Notes under the pieces: generated by a model
Databases searched by the model: none
Told to the model about the DNA's origin: nothing
The model's input: only the letters and a program-made list of their open reading frames with translations
Made by a program: the position numbers and the translations under genes
Source of the DNA: Candidatus Berkelbacteria bacterium
GTDB taxonomy: Bacteria > Patescibacteriota > UBA1384 > XYA2-FULL-43-10 > CAINNR01
Direction of reading: 5' to 3'
DNA: 57,758 bases
NCBI GenBank assembly: GCA_037142675.1
Contig: JBAXAF010000005.1
Location: forward strand, 1-57,758
In this document: positions 20,749-28,640 of the stretch, one piece after another
How positions within the stretch are numbered: the first letter of the stretch is position 1
Layout of the letters: every line of letters starts with the position of its first letter

Positions 20749-22320
20749 TTATATTAACTTACTTATATCAATTCCACTCATTTCTCCAGGCTTCGGCAAT
20801 CCCATCAACTGTAGTACTGTCGGTGATACATCCGCCAGAATCCCAGTAGCGGGAGAGCTGGAGTACTCCAGTAATGTTTCATGATTAAAGTCTGTCCCCG
20901 ACTGCGGCGTAAACGGCTTGGTTGCTAAATCACAAACAACAAATGGAACCGGGCTTCCGGTATGTTCTTTATTTACTTCACCGTTGGCCGGATTGATCAT
21001 AATTTCACAATTTCCGTGGTCGGCAGTAATAATTACTGTGTAACCCTTGGCTGAAGCAGCCGACATCACCGGCCCCAAATTCTGGTCGATAGATTCCGCA
21101 GCCTTAATCGATGCTTCTAAGTTCCCGGTGTGACCAACCATGTCGCCATTGGCGAAATTTACCAAAACAAAATCTTGCTGTTTATTTATTGCCTCAACTA
21201 CCTTATCTTTTATTAGTCCTGCTGACATTTCCGGCACTGTGTCATAACTCTCAACCCTTTGCGACGGGACAAGAACTTGTTCCTCATGATCATGTGTTTT
21301 TTCTTCGCCACCATTAAAAAAGTATGTAACGTGGGCATATTTTTCAGTTTCGGCAATGTGGCTCTGTTTCATGGCCGATGCTTCAATAATGTCAGCGGCG
21401 ACATTCGTCATATCAAGCGGTAAAAATACTGCCGGGGCTTTTTGCCCATCAAAATATTTTGTCATCGTGACCATGGCCAAGTTATTAACTTTTTGACGCT
21501 GAAATTCAGAAAAACTTTCAGTTTCAAATGTCCCTAGAACCTGGCGCATTCGATCGGCGCGAAAGTTAAATAATACAACTCCGTCACCCGGGCGGATTAA
21601 TCCTTCTTTATTTATTAAGCAGGCACCAATTTTTTCATCATCCGCACCAGCCCGATAATTGGCCTCAATTGCGTCGGCAGCGCTGTTGTAGAAGTCTCCC
21701 TGCCCCAAAACCCAGAGATTGTAAGCTTTTTCCACTCGCTCAAAATGTTTGTCGCGATCCATAGCGTAAAATCGCCCGATAATTGTCGCAATTTTACCAA
21801 CCCCAATTTTTTCAGCCTGTTCTTCAATAAGTTTAATGTCTTCCTTGGCAACTTGTGGAGCTGTGTCGCGACCATCAGTAATCATGTGAATAAAAACCTT
21901 GTCAACATTTTTGTCACTAGCGAACTGTAGTAAAGCATAAAGATGTTTCAAGCTTGAGTGAACGCTACCAGCCGAACACAGACCGATTAAATGCAGCGCA
22001 CTACCGCCGCTATTAACATGATCAGCAATTTTATTTAAATTTTCATTCTTAAACAGGCTGCCGTTTTCAATCGCCAAATCAATCCGCGGCAAGTTTTCCC
22101 AAACTACCCGGCCAGATCCTAAATTCAAGTGGCCGACTTCAGAATTACCAGATTCACCCGGAGTAATACCAACATCAATGCCAGACGCCGATAATGAAGT
22201 CTTTGGGTAAGCACCATAAATCCAGTCCAAATTCGGAGTTTTGGCCAAATAGGTAGCATTACCTTCTTTTAAAGGTGAAAGCCCCCAGCCGTCTAAAATT
22301 ACAAGTAGAACTTTTTTCAA
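20749..22320 (-). CDS. gpmI: 2,3-bisphosphoglycerate-independent phosphoglycerate mutase
   Basis: LVILDGWG, NSEVGHLNLG, ITADHGN. TTG start after GGGAGGGG. Confidence 0.95.
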   Translation of the reverse strand: MKKVLLVILDGWGLSPLKEGNATYLAKTPNLDWIYGAYPKTSLSASGIDVGITPGESGNSEVGHLNLGSGRVVWENLPRIDLAIENGSLFKNENLNKIADHVNSGGSALHLIGLCSAGSVHSSLKHLYALLQFASDKNVDKVFIHMITDGRDTAPQVAKEDIKLIEEQAEKIGVGKIATIIGRFYAMDRDKHFERVEKAYNLWVLGQGDFYNSAADAIEANYRAGADDEKIGACLINKEGLIRPGDGVVLFNFRADRMRQVLGTFETESFSEFQRQKVNNLAMVTMTKYFDGQKAPAVFLPLDMTNVAADIIEASAMKQSHIAETEKYAHVTYFFNGGEEKTHDHEEQVLVPSQRVESYDTVPEMSAGLIKDKVVEAINKQQDFVLVNFANGDMVGHTGNLEASIKAAESIDQNLGPVMSAASAKGYTVIITADHGNCEIMINPANGEVNKEHTGSPVPFVVCDLATKPFTPQSGTDFNHETLLEYSSSPATGILADVSPTVLQLMGLPKPGEMSGIDISKLI

Positions 22321-22478
22321 GCCCCTCCCATTGTGATTAATTGACTAAATTATATCATAGAAAGTCAAACCCTGTCCAAATAATTCGCTACTTAATAATA
22401 TTTTCACCAGCAAAAAATATCCATCGTAGTTCGAGGCTTTTTGAGAACAATTTTAATAATTTTCAGCTCAAATAACAA

Positions 22479-22880
22479 CTATTTTTTCTGCCACTTGAAG
22501 ACATGCTCACCTTCGCAAAACTCAAATCCAATTTTTTTATAAAAATCAGTTAGCCCTTGATCACGCGGGTCAGTAGTCAACATAATATTTCTTGAATTGC
22601 AGCTTTTAGCCAATTCAACAACCAGTGCCCTGCCAAATCCTTTTCGCCTGTTATCTTTCAAAATATTTACATCGACAATAAAACTTGACTGCGTCTCATC
22701 ACTGATAACTCGTCCAATACCGACTGGGTTTTCACCGTCATAAACAATCCCAACTCGGCTGGAATTTAAAATCGCTTTGCGACTTCGTTCTGCATCAGAA
22801 AAACCCATCCGAGTTAGTAAATCAACGCCAATTTCGACGATGTCTTCAATTTCACCTTTTCGAAAAATCTTAACTTCCAT
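22479..22880 (-). CDS. GNAT family N-acetyltransferase
   Basis: Acetyl-CoA loop RRKGFGRALV. ATG 22880 lies just after the def stop (the ORF track starts 14 codons earlier, inside def). Confidence 0.8.
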   Translation of the reverse strand: MEVKIFRKGEIEDIVEIGVDLLTRMGFSDAERSRKAILNSSRVGIVYDGENPVGIGRVISDETQSSFIVDVNILKDNRRKGFGRALVVELAKSCNSRNIMLTTDPRDQGLTDFYKKIGFEFCEGEHVFKWQKK

Positions 22881-22881
22881 G

Positions 22882-23523
22882 TTATTTTCCACAACAATCA
22901 ATGTATTTTTTATCTGATCCACAAGGACATTTACTATTCAGGTCAAAATCATTCATTTCAAATTGCTTAATGTCATAAACAAATCGAAGCCCGTTCCTAA
23001 TTGCCTTATCGATATTAAGAATTCCGTCCAAATGGTCCAGTTCATGCTGAATAACTCGCGATTCCTTATCATTACCATCAATAATTAGCTCCTTGCCAGT
23101 TTCATCTTGATAACTTATCGAAACGAACTTCGGCCTGACCACCGTCGCTGCTAAATTGCCCATGCTGACACAAAGCTCTTCAGCAATAGTTAATTCGTTA
23201 GAGCGCTTGGTGATCCTTGGGTTAACTAAAATCATCACTTTATCTCTAACAAAAACCGCAACAAACCTTTTGAGCACCCCAATCTGCGGGGCCGCCAAAC
23301 CTCTGCCGAAACCTGTTTTCTCTCGATATCCCAAAAATATTTCTTTTAATTTTTTGATGTCTTTTTGTGTTTTTGAATCAGTAATAACGACATTTTTGCA
23401 TTTTTTTCTAAGATCATCCGAACCAAGATAACTAATATCTGGAAAGTTTTTAATTGTCTTTTTCCAAACATTAAGAAACTTATTTAGATCAGCCGGCACA
23501 AGTTTTGATTTATTATTTCCCAC
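22882..23523 (-). CDS. def: peptide deformylase with C-terminal SEC-C zinc-binding motif
   Basis: Deformylase motifs GRGLAAPQIG, EELCVS (EGCLS-like) and QHELDHLDG. The tail CPCGSDKKYIDCCGK resembles the SecA C-terminus. The start is uncertain: GTG 23523 overlaps the secA end, and GTG 23499 is an alternative. Confidence 0.75.
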   Translation of the reverse strand: MGNNKSKLVPADLNKFLNVWKKTIKNFPDISYLGSDDLRKKCKNVVITDSKTQKDIKKLKEIFLGYREKTGFGRGLAAPQIGVLKRFVAVFVRDKVMILVNPRITKRSNELTIAEELCVSMGNLAATVVRPKFVSISYQDETGKELIIDGNDKESRVIQHELDHLDGILNIDKAIRNGLRFVYDIKQFEMNDFDLNSKCPCGSDKKYIDCCGK

Positions 23524-26251
23524 AGCACTTTTTGTACTTTTTGCCAGAACCGCATGGGCATGGGTCGTTGCGGCCGACTTTTTCAGCGGATTTGATAGTC
23601 TGCCCAACACCTGTGGAATTATCCATTCGGTCAAAAACGGTTTTGCCCTTTTGGCGAATTGAAGTTGTAACACCAAAATCGTTGTCCGTTGTCCGTTGTC
23701 CGTTGTCAGAATTTGTTTCGGATAACTGATCACCGGAAACGGGAAACTCGCCTATTGTATCGGCGTCTGGTGCCTGATATTCCAATGGACGAGATTCTAC
23801 AACTGTTGCTGGTTGCTGAACTTGAACTTCGACATGAAAGATAGTTTTAATAACACTAGATTCAATTGCTCCGAGCAAATCCTGGAACAAGCGATACGCT
23901 TCTTTTTTATAAGCAACCAGCGGATCAGTTTGAGCGTAGCCCTGTAGGCCGATTCCAGTTCGCAACTCTTCCATTGTCGTTAAATGTTCAACCCAAAGCA
24001 TATCAATAGTCCGTAAATAAACTGCTTGTTCAACCTGACGCATCATTTCCGGTCCAAATTTTTTCTCTTTTTCCGAATATAATTTTTCAATTTCTTTTTT
24101 TACTGCTTCCGCATTTAATTCGCGCGGAGAAATGGTAAAAATCGCTTCAATTTCCGTTTTAATTTTCTCCGGCTCAGCTACCAAAGCAGCAAATATTGCT
24201 TCAGCTTCCTTGTTAGCAATTTCTAGAATTTCATTTTTGAGTGCGTCATTTTTGTCATTTGAACTTTGATCTTCATTTGAATTTTTAGCTTTGATATTTG
24301 AGCTTTCTAATATCTTCCTTCTTTTACCATAAACAAACTTGCGATGCGAATTCATTACATCATCATATTCAACCAAGTGTTTACGAGTATCAAAGTTGTG
24401 GCCCTCAACCTTTTTCTGCGCGCCCTCTATTGATTTGGAAATCATACTGTTTTCAATTGGTACATCCTCCGGCAAACCAAGCCGTTCCATAATAGATTTC
24501 AAACGATCACCGCCAAATATTCGCATTAGGTCATCATCCATCGAAACATAGAATTGAGAAGATCCCGGATCACCCTGGCGACCTGCACGGCCTCGAAGCT
24601 GGTTATCTATTCGTCGTGATTCATGTCGCTCTGTGCCTATCACATGTAAACCACCAACTTCAGCCACGCCCTCGCCTAATTTAATGTCAGTTCCACGACC
24701 AGCCATGTTGGTGGCAACTGTGACTGCCCCTAACTGGCCCGCCTTAATGATAATCTTTGCTTCACGCTCATGATTTTTAGCATTCAACATTTCAAACTTT
24801 ATCCCAGCTTTTTTCAAAAACTTTGATAAATATTCATTTTTCTCAACCGAAACTGTGCCAACCAAAACTGGCTGTCCGGCCTCTTGGCGTTCTTTAATAT
24901 CAGCAACAACAGCGTCAATTTTCCCAGCAAAAGTTTTGTAAATTTTGTCACCAGCGTCATGACGGACCATGGGCCGATTTGTTGGAATTTCTGTTACATC
25001 GAGCTTATAAATTTTATAAAATTCTTCCGCTTCAGTTGCCGCAGTTCCCGTCATACCAGCAAGTTTGTGATACAAGCGGAATAAATTCTGGAAAGAAATT
25101 GTTGCCATTGTTTGCGATTCACGATTAACAAAAACATTTTCTTTGGCTTCAATTGCTTGATGCAAACCTTCGGAATAACGACGGCCTTGCATTAAGCGGC
25201 CAGTAAATTCATCAACAATAATAATTTCACCGTCTTTTACGACATAATCTTTATTTTTCTTGAATATAGCGTGAGCTTTCAGAGCTTCTTCTAAGTGGTG
25301 AACTAGCTCAATAGTTTCAGCGGCATAAACATTTGCAATCCCCAGCATACCTTCCATTTTTTTAATACCCGAGTCGGTAATCATTACAGCCCGGTCTTTT
25401 TCGTCTACAGTGTAATCTTCTTCAATTTTCAAACGCGGAACCAAGGCCGCAAATTTTTGATAAAGCGATGCCGATTCCTCTGCTGGCGCTGATATGATGA
25501 GTGGAGTTCTGGCTTCATCAATTAAAATTGAGTCAACTTCATCGACAATAGCAAAGTGAAGTTCGCGCTGCGAGCAATGTTGAACACTTGGCGCCATGTT
25601 GTCGCGCAAATAATCAAACCCAAATTCATTGTTGGTACCGTATGTAATGTCACAATCGTAGGCTTCTTTTCGTGAACAGGGAACCAAGTTGGATCCATCG
25701 GCTTCTGAATAGTGTTTATAATCGACTTTCTTTTCGAATTTATATGAAATTTGCTGATTTTGAATAATACCAACAGAAAGGCCAAGAAAATCGTGAATTT
25801 CACCCATTCCCTCACCATGACTTTTGGAAAGATAATCGTTAACAGTAACCAAGTGAACTCCGCGGCCAGTTAGCGCATTTAAATACAATGGCAGTGTTGC
25901 CACCAAAGTTTTTCCTTCACCAGTTTTCATTTCCGCAATTTGCCCAGAGTGGAGAACTGCACCACCAATTAGCTGAACATCGAAGTGCCGCTCACCCCAA
26001 ACCCGGCGCGATGCTTCACGAACCACAGCAAACGCTTCTGCTTTGATTTCTTCCATGATTCTGGCTTCTTCGGATAACTGACCACCGGCAACTGACAACT
26101 GTTTTTTGAATTTCTCGGTATATTCCTTGAGCTCTTTGTCGGATTTCTTCTTTAGTTCATCTTCGATACCATTTGCATCAACTAAAAACTTCTTGTAGCG
26201 GTTAACTACCTTCTGTGACGAGTCGGTAAAAAATTTGGAAAACAAAGACAT
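23513..26251 (-). CDS. secA: preprotein translocase ATPase SecA
   Basis: MKTGEGKTLV, DEVDSILIDEARTPLIIS, TNMAGRGTDIKLG, C-terminal CPCGSGKKYKKCCGK. Confidence 0.95.
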   Translation of the reverse strand: MSLFSKFFTDSSQKVVNRYKKFLVDANGIEDELKKKSDKELKEYTEKFKKQLSVAGGQLSEEARIMEEIKAEAFAVVREASRRVWGERHFDVQLIGGAVLHSGQIAEMKTGEGKTLVATLPLYLNALTGRGVHLVTVNDYLSKSHGEGMGEIHDFLGLSVGIIQNQQISYKFEKKVDYKHYSEADGSNLVPCSRKEAYDCDITYGTNNEFGFDYLRDNMAPSVQHCSQRELHFAIVDEVDSILIDEARTPLIISAPAEESASLYQKFAALVPRLKIEEDYTVDEKDRAVMITDSGIKKMEGMLGIANVYAAETIELVHHLEEALKAHAIFKKNKDYVVKDGEIIIVDEFTGRLMQGRRYSEGLHQAIEAKENVFVNRESQTMATISFQNLFRLYHKLAGMTGTAATEAEEFYKIYKLDVTEIPTNRPMVRHDAGDKIYKTFAGKIDAVVADIKERQEAGQPVLVGTVSVEKNEYLSKFLKKAGIKFEMLNAKNHEREAKIIIKAGQLGAVTVATNMAGRGTDIKLGEGVAEVGGLHVIGTERHESRRIDNQLRGRAGRQGDPGSSQFYVSMDDDLMRIFGGDRLKSIMERLGLPEDVPIENSMISKSIEGAQKKVEGHNFDTRKHLVEYDDVMNSHRKFVYGKRRKILESSNIKAKNSNEDQSSNDKNDALKNEILEIANKEAEAIFAALVAEPEKIKTEIEAIFTISPRELNAEAVKKEIEKLYSEKEKKFGPEMMRQVEQAVYLRTIDMLWVEHLTTMEELRTGIGLQGYAQTDPLVAYKKEAYRLFQDLLGAIESSVIKTIFHVEVQVQQPATVVESRPLEYQAPDADTIGEFPVSGDQLSETNSDNGQRTTDNDFGVTTSIRQKGKTVFDRMDNSTGVGQTIKSAEKVGRNDPCPCGSGKKYKKCCGK
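23680..23707. repeat. perfect 4x heptanucleotide tandem repeat inside the secA tail
   Basis: CGTTGTC x4 on the plus strand (GACAACG x4 on the coding strand), encoding DNGQRTTDN. Confidence 0.95.
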
Positions 26252-26401
26252 AATATTGAAATTAAAACACGGATCATTTACACGAATAAGCTCGGATAAA
26301 TCACATCCGTGAAAATCCGTGTGGTAAATCCGTGTACGAATATCCTTTTAATGCTTTTACTTTAGCACTTCGCGCCCTTTTTCTCAATGCTCTCACAGAC
26401 A

Positions 26402-26430
26402 TTGACATATTTTCAATTTTATGATAGAAT
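26402..26430 (+). promoter_or_regulatory. promoter of GC-rich cassette 4, unit 1
   Basis: TTGACA 26402-26407, 17-nt spacer, TGa-TAGAAT extended -10 ending at 26430. Confidence 0.6.
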
Positions 26431-26468
26431 TTAGCCATTCTGTCCACACTTTGATTGGGAGGGCTACC

Positions 26469-27023
26469 ATGCCACCGAAAATTGGCGTGCCTGAGCTGAC
26501 CTTGGAGCAAATCGTCCGCGAGTACAACAGATTCAGCCTCCATGATGGCTGGATCGCCAACCCCCAGCCAAACACCACACCAGAGGGACACCACGGCATT
26601 AGGGTCATTGGTGGCTCCTGGTCGTATACCGATGCGTGGGTTGATGGGCGTGATAGCCCGATCATCTTTGATGAGGACGTATTCATGGGGCAGACGATTC
26701 TCTCATGCGGCAAATGGATGGCTATGTACATGACATACCATGGCCGCATGGACGCGATCGGGACCGAGATGGTCAAACTCGCGCTGAGATACCAGTACGA
26801 ACTCGGCATTTTCAACGGAGGTCGCGGTCCGGCTACGTTCGAAGACGGCGACCTCCGCTACATGTACGAGCTGACCACCGATCACCCCAACAAGGACATG
26901 GGAGTCGTCGGTTTCTCTGGCAGGGAGGCGGTTTACGACAAAGATGACCACTGTCATGCACAGTGTTTCATCCAAGGAGGGGTCCTGATCCCCGGCTTCG
27001 CTGACTTTCAGCCGACGCGCTAG
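26469..27023 (+). CDS. hypothetical protein, cassette 4 gene A (184 aa; possibly DUF5680-like)
   Basis: GGGAGGG SD 5 nt before ATG 26469. GC3-rich codons. WMAMYMTYHGRM, RGPATFEDGDLRYMYE and C-terminal IQGGVL recall DUF5680 proteins; this is from memory and unverified. Confidence 0.6.
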   Translation: MPPKIGVPELTLEQIVREYNRFSLHDGWIANPQPNTTPEGHHGIRVIGGSWSYTDAWVDGRDSPIIFDEDVFMGQTILSCGKWMAMYMTYHGRMDAIGTEMVKLALRYQYELGIFNGGRGPATFEDGDLRYMYELTTDHPNKDMGVVGFSGREAVYDKDDHCHAQCFIQGGVLIPGFADFQPTR

Positions 27024-27036
27024 CGCGATCGCCACA

Positions 27037-27076
27037 GAACCACAACGGGCAGCCCCGCAGGGCCACCCGTTTTTTT
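27037..27076 (+). terminator. terminator / 40-nt direct repeat, copy 1
   Basis: GAACCACAACGGGCAGCCCCGCAGGGCCACCCGTTTTTTT: a GC hairpin plus T7. Near-identical to 28002-28040. Confidence 0.65.
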
Positions 27077-27100
27077 ATTCAAAAATGTAACTGCAAAGAG

Positions 27101-27129
27101 TTGATCAAAGAGCTCAAAAGTGCTAGAAT
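27101..27129 (+). promoter_or_regulatory. promoter of GC-rich cassette 4, unit 2
   Basis: TTGATC 27101-27106, 17-nt spacer, TGc-TAGAAT extended -10 ending at 27129. Confidence 0.6.
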
Positions 27130-27165
27130 AATCTCGCGACAATCTCCTGAGAGGAAAACAAAACA

Positions 27166-27786
27166 GTGAGCATTCAAAGATTCTTCTGCCCGTTTCCGGC
27201 TCAACAGATCGCTTTCGTCCACGAACAGGTCGAGATCGCGCTCAATGACGTTTTGGTGCTGATCGACGACCCGTCTCGCTCCGGCGTCTACTGGTCACTT
27301 TCCAGTGGCACCGGCCGCATCTACTCAGTAATGATGGCGGGAGAGCCGCCAGACGAGAAGGTCCTGCGGTACAACGGCTTCGCCGTTGAGAAACCGACCC
27401 GTCTCGGACAGCACCCAGAGCACCTGACCAGCGACGAGAGCGCTGATCCAGATCCTGAGGCTGGTAAGTTCGGAGGAGCTTTCCGTCTCCATTGGCCGCC
27501 GATCACCGAAGAGGACCACGAGAAGAACATGCGCGATCGCGCGCAAGCCATCATCGGCGAGGCTCAGAGCTCCGTCTTCACGGACCGGCCCGTGATCATG
27601 GCCGTTTCCGGCTTGTCCCTCGCTCACCACGACAGTGCCGTCGGAATGCTAGCGCTGAAGCGGCTAGGGGTCATTACCGAAGACGACATCGGCACGCTTA
27701 TCAGGCGCACCGGCAACGACTTCTGGCCAATTGTGTACGACGAGTACACCACCATCATGGACCACCCAGAACTTTTCAGGCGCTAA
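27166..27786 (+). CDS. hypothetical protein, cassette 4 gene B (206 aa)
   Basis: GAGAGGA SD 10 nt before GTG 27166. GC3-rich codons. No family recognised. Confidence 0.6.
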   Translation: MSIQRFFCPFPAQQIAFVHEQVEIALNDVLVLIDDPSRSGVYWSLSSGTGRIYSVMMAGEPPDEKVLRYNGFAVEKPTRLGQHPEHLTSDESADPDPEAGKFGGAFRLHWPPITEEDHEKNMRDRAQAIIGEAQSSVFTDRPVIMAVSGLSLAHHDSAVGMLALKRLGVITEDDIGTLIRRTGNDFWPIVYDEYTTIMDHPELFRR

Positions 27787-27812
27787 CCCCAGTAAGACAG
27801 GAACTATCAATC

Positions 27813-27998
27813 ATGTGGAACCCAATTGCGGCGATTGCCGCGTGGAACCGAAGAACCGCGGCGATGGAACACATCGAACGAGAGAACCAAGCTGATGGTC
27901 AGCTGGCATGGCTAGCCGTAATCGCTGTGGTAAGCTTTTTCATCTGGCTGATGTTCTTCGGCGGCATGGAGCAGCTGGGGCACGTGCCGATACCATGA
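27813..27998 (+). CDS. small membrane protein, cassette 4 gene C (61 aa)
   Basis: ATG 27813 lies 26 nt after the gene B stop, with a weak AGGA SD. One TM helix LAWLAVIAVVSFFIWLMFFGG. This is the last third of the long ORF-track frame 27492..27998. Confidence 0.45.
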   Translation: MWNPIAAIAAWNRRTAAMEHIERENQADGQLAWLAVIAVVSFFIWLMFFGGMEQLGHVPIP

Positions 27999-28001
27999 AC
28001 C

Positions 28002-28040
28002 GAACCACAACGGGCGGCCCCGCAGGGCCACCCGTTTTTT
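28002..28040 (+). terminator. terminator / 40-nt direct repeat, copy 2
   Basis: GAACCACAACGGGCGGCCCCGCAGGGCCACCCGTTTTTT, with one mismatch to copy 1. Confidence 0.65.
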
Positions 28041-28048
28041 AATTGATG

Positions 28049-28108
28049 AGATCCTGAAACAAGTTCAGGATGACAAAACTATTTGTGGATCCCCGACTAC
28101 TCGGGGAT
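28049..28108. repeat. two CPR-type short palindromic repeats
   Basis: ATCCTGAA-ACAAG-TTCAGGAT (28051-28071) and ATCCCCGA-CTAC-TCGGGGAT (28089-28108), just downstream of the hpf stop. Confidence 0.8.
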
Positions 28109-28115
28109 GACTTCG

Positions 28116-28493
28116 TCATTTTTTCTTTCGGAATCTGCCCAAAATCTCGTAAACCTTATCAAGCCTTCCGCCGCCTGTGTGAGCTTTTTGGATCTCTTTT
28201 TTGTGTTGATCGCGAACTTGCCGATCAACTGAACTCAGAGCCAAGGCGAAAGCCTTCATAATATTATTTCTTTTTTCTTCAACATGAATGTTGTAATGCT
28301 CGGAAGTAACATCAATTTTTACCGACTGCGTTACACCATTTTTATTTGGACCGGAATCATCGATTAAGTGAACTTCGACTGCTACCGGACTTTCATGTTT
28401 CAAATATTTTTTTAATCTGCCAATTTTTTTCTCAATGTCAGACTTTTGTCGGGCGGTGATGATGACATCCTTCGTCACGACGTTAATTTGCAC
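28116..28493 (-). CDS. hpf: ribosome hibernation/RaiA-HPF family protein
   Basis: Short HPF-like size and pattern (ITARQKSDIEKKIGRLKKY..., NIMKAFALAL). AAGGAGG SD before the GTG start. Confidence 0.75.
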   Translation of the reverse strand: MQINVVTKDVIITARQKSDIEKKIGRLKKYLKHESPVAVEVHLIDDSGPNKNGVTQSVKIDVTSEHYNIHVEEKRNNIMKAFALALSSVDRQVRDQHKKEIQKAHTGGGRLDKVYEILGRFRKKK

Positions 28494-28505
28494 TTTAGCC
28501 TCCTT

Positions 28506-28640
28506 GTTTTAAAAAATAAATTCTAATATCTAATTTCTAAACTCTAAACAATTTTCAAAATTCCAATGCTCCAATGTTTTAGACTTTATAAAATTTTATC
28601 ATTTGGATTTATCTAGAATTTAGAGTTTAGGATTTTCGTT
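28506..28640. repeat. palindromic intergenic repeat, family 1, copy b
   Basis: Same arms as copy a. The right arm supplies the last codons and the TAA stop of serS. Confidence 0.85.

Noticed and set aside
22882-23733. The full 283-aa ORF-track version of the deformylase gene.
   Set aside because: Its first 70 or so codons overlap the SecA C-terminal coding region in another frame. The deformylase domain needs only the part from about 23523. The open upstream frame is reported separately in connection with the heptamer repeat.
26393-27035. Minus-strand ORFs 26393..26815 and 26703..27035 (also 147..542, 9477..9788, 27321..27630 and 31936..32292) lying antisense to the GC-rich cassette genes.
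   Set aside because: They are typical antisense shadow frames of GC3-rich genes. They have no SD, they run through the cassette promoters and terminators, and their sequences are Arg/Pro/Ser-rich and low in information.
27492-27998. 168-aa ORF-track frame, extremely Arg/His-rich (MAADHRRGPREEHARSRASHHRR...).
   Set aside because: Its first 107 codons are an alternative frame of cassette gene B (27166-27786) with no SD. GC-rich DNA gives long spurious open frames. Only the last 61 codons, from ATG 27813 downstream of the gene B stop, are kept as a possible small membrane protein.
27037-28040. Integron-like interpretation, with the repeated terminators as attC sites.
   Set aside because: The hairpins lack the RYYYAAC / GTTRRRY core sites. 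Each cassette has its own promoter, which is unusual for integron cassettes. No intI or attI is in view, and the cassettes are dispersed rather than arrayed.
18975-28118. Possibility of an alternative genetic code (TGA recoding, as in some candidate phyla).
   Set aside because: TGA terminates recognisable full-length genes here (ftsX at 18975-18977, hpf at 28116-28118), and conserved proteins have no in-frame TGA. The standard bacterial code fits.
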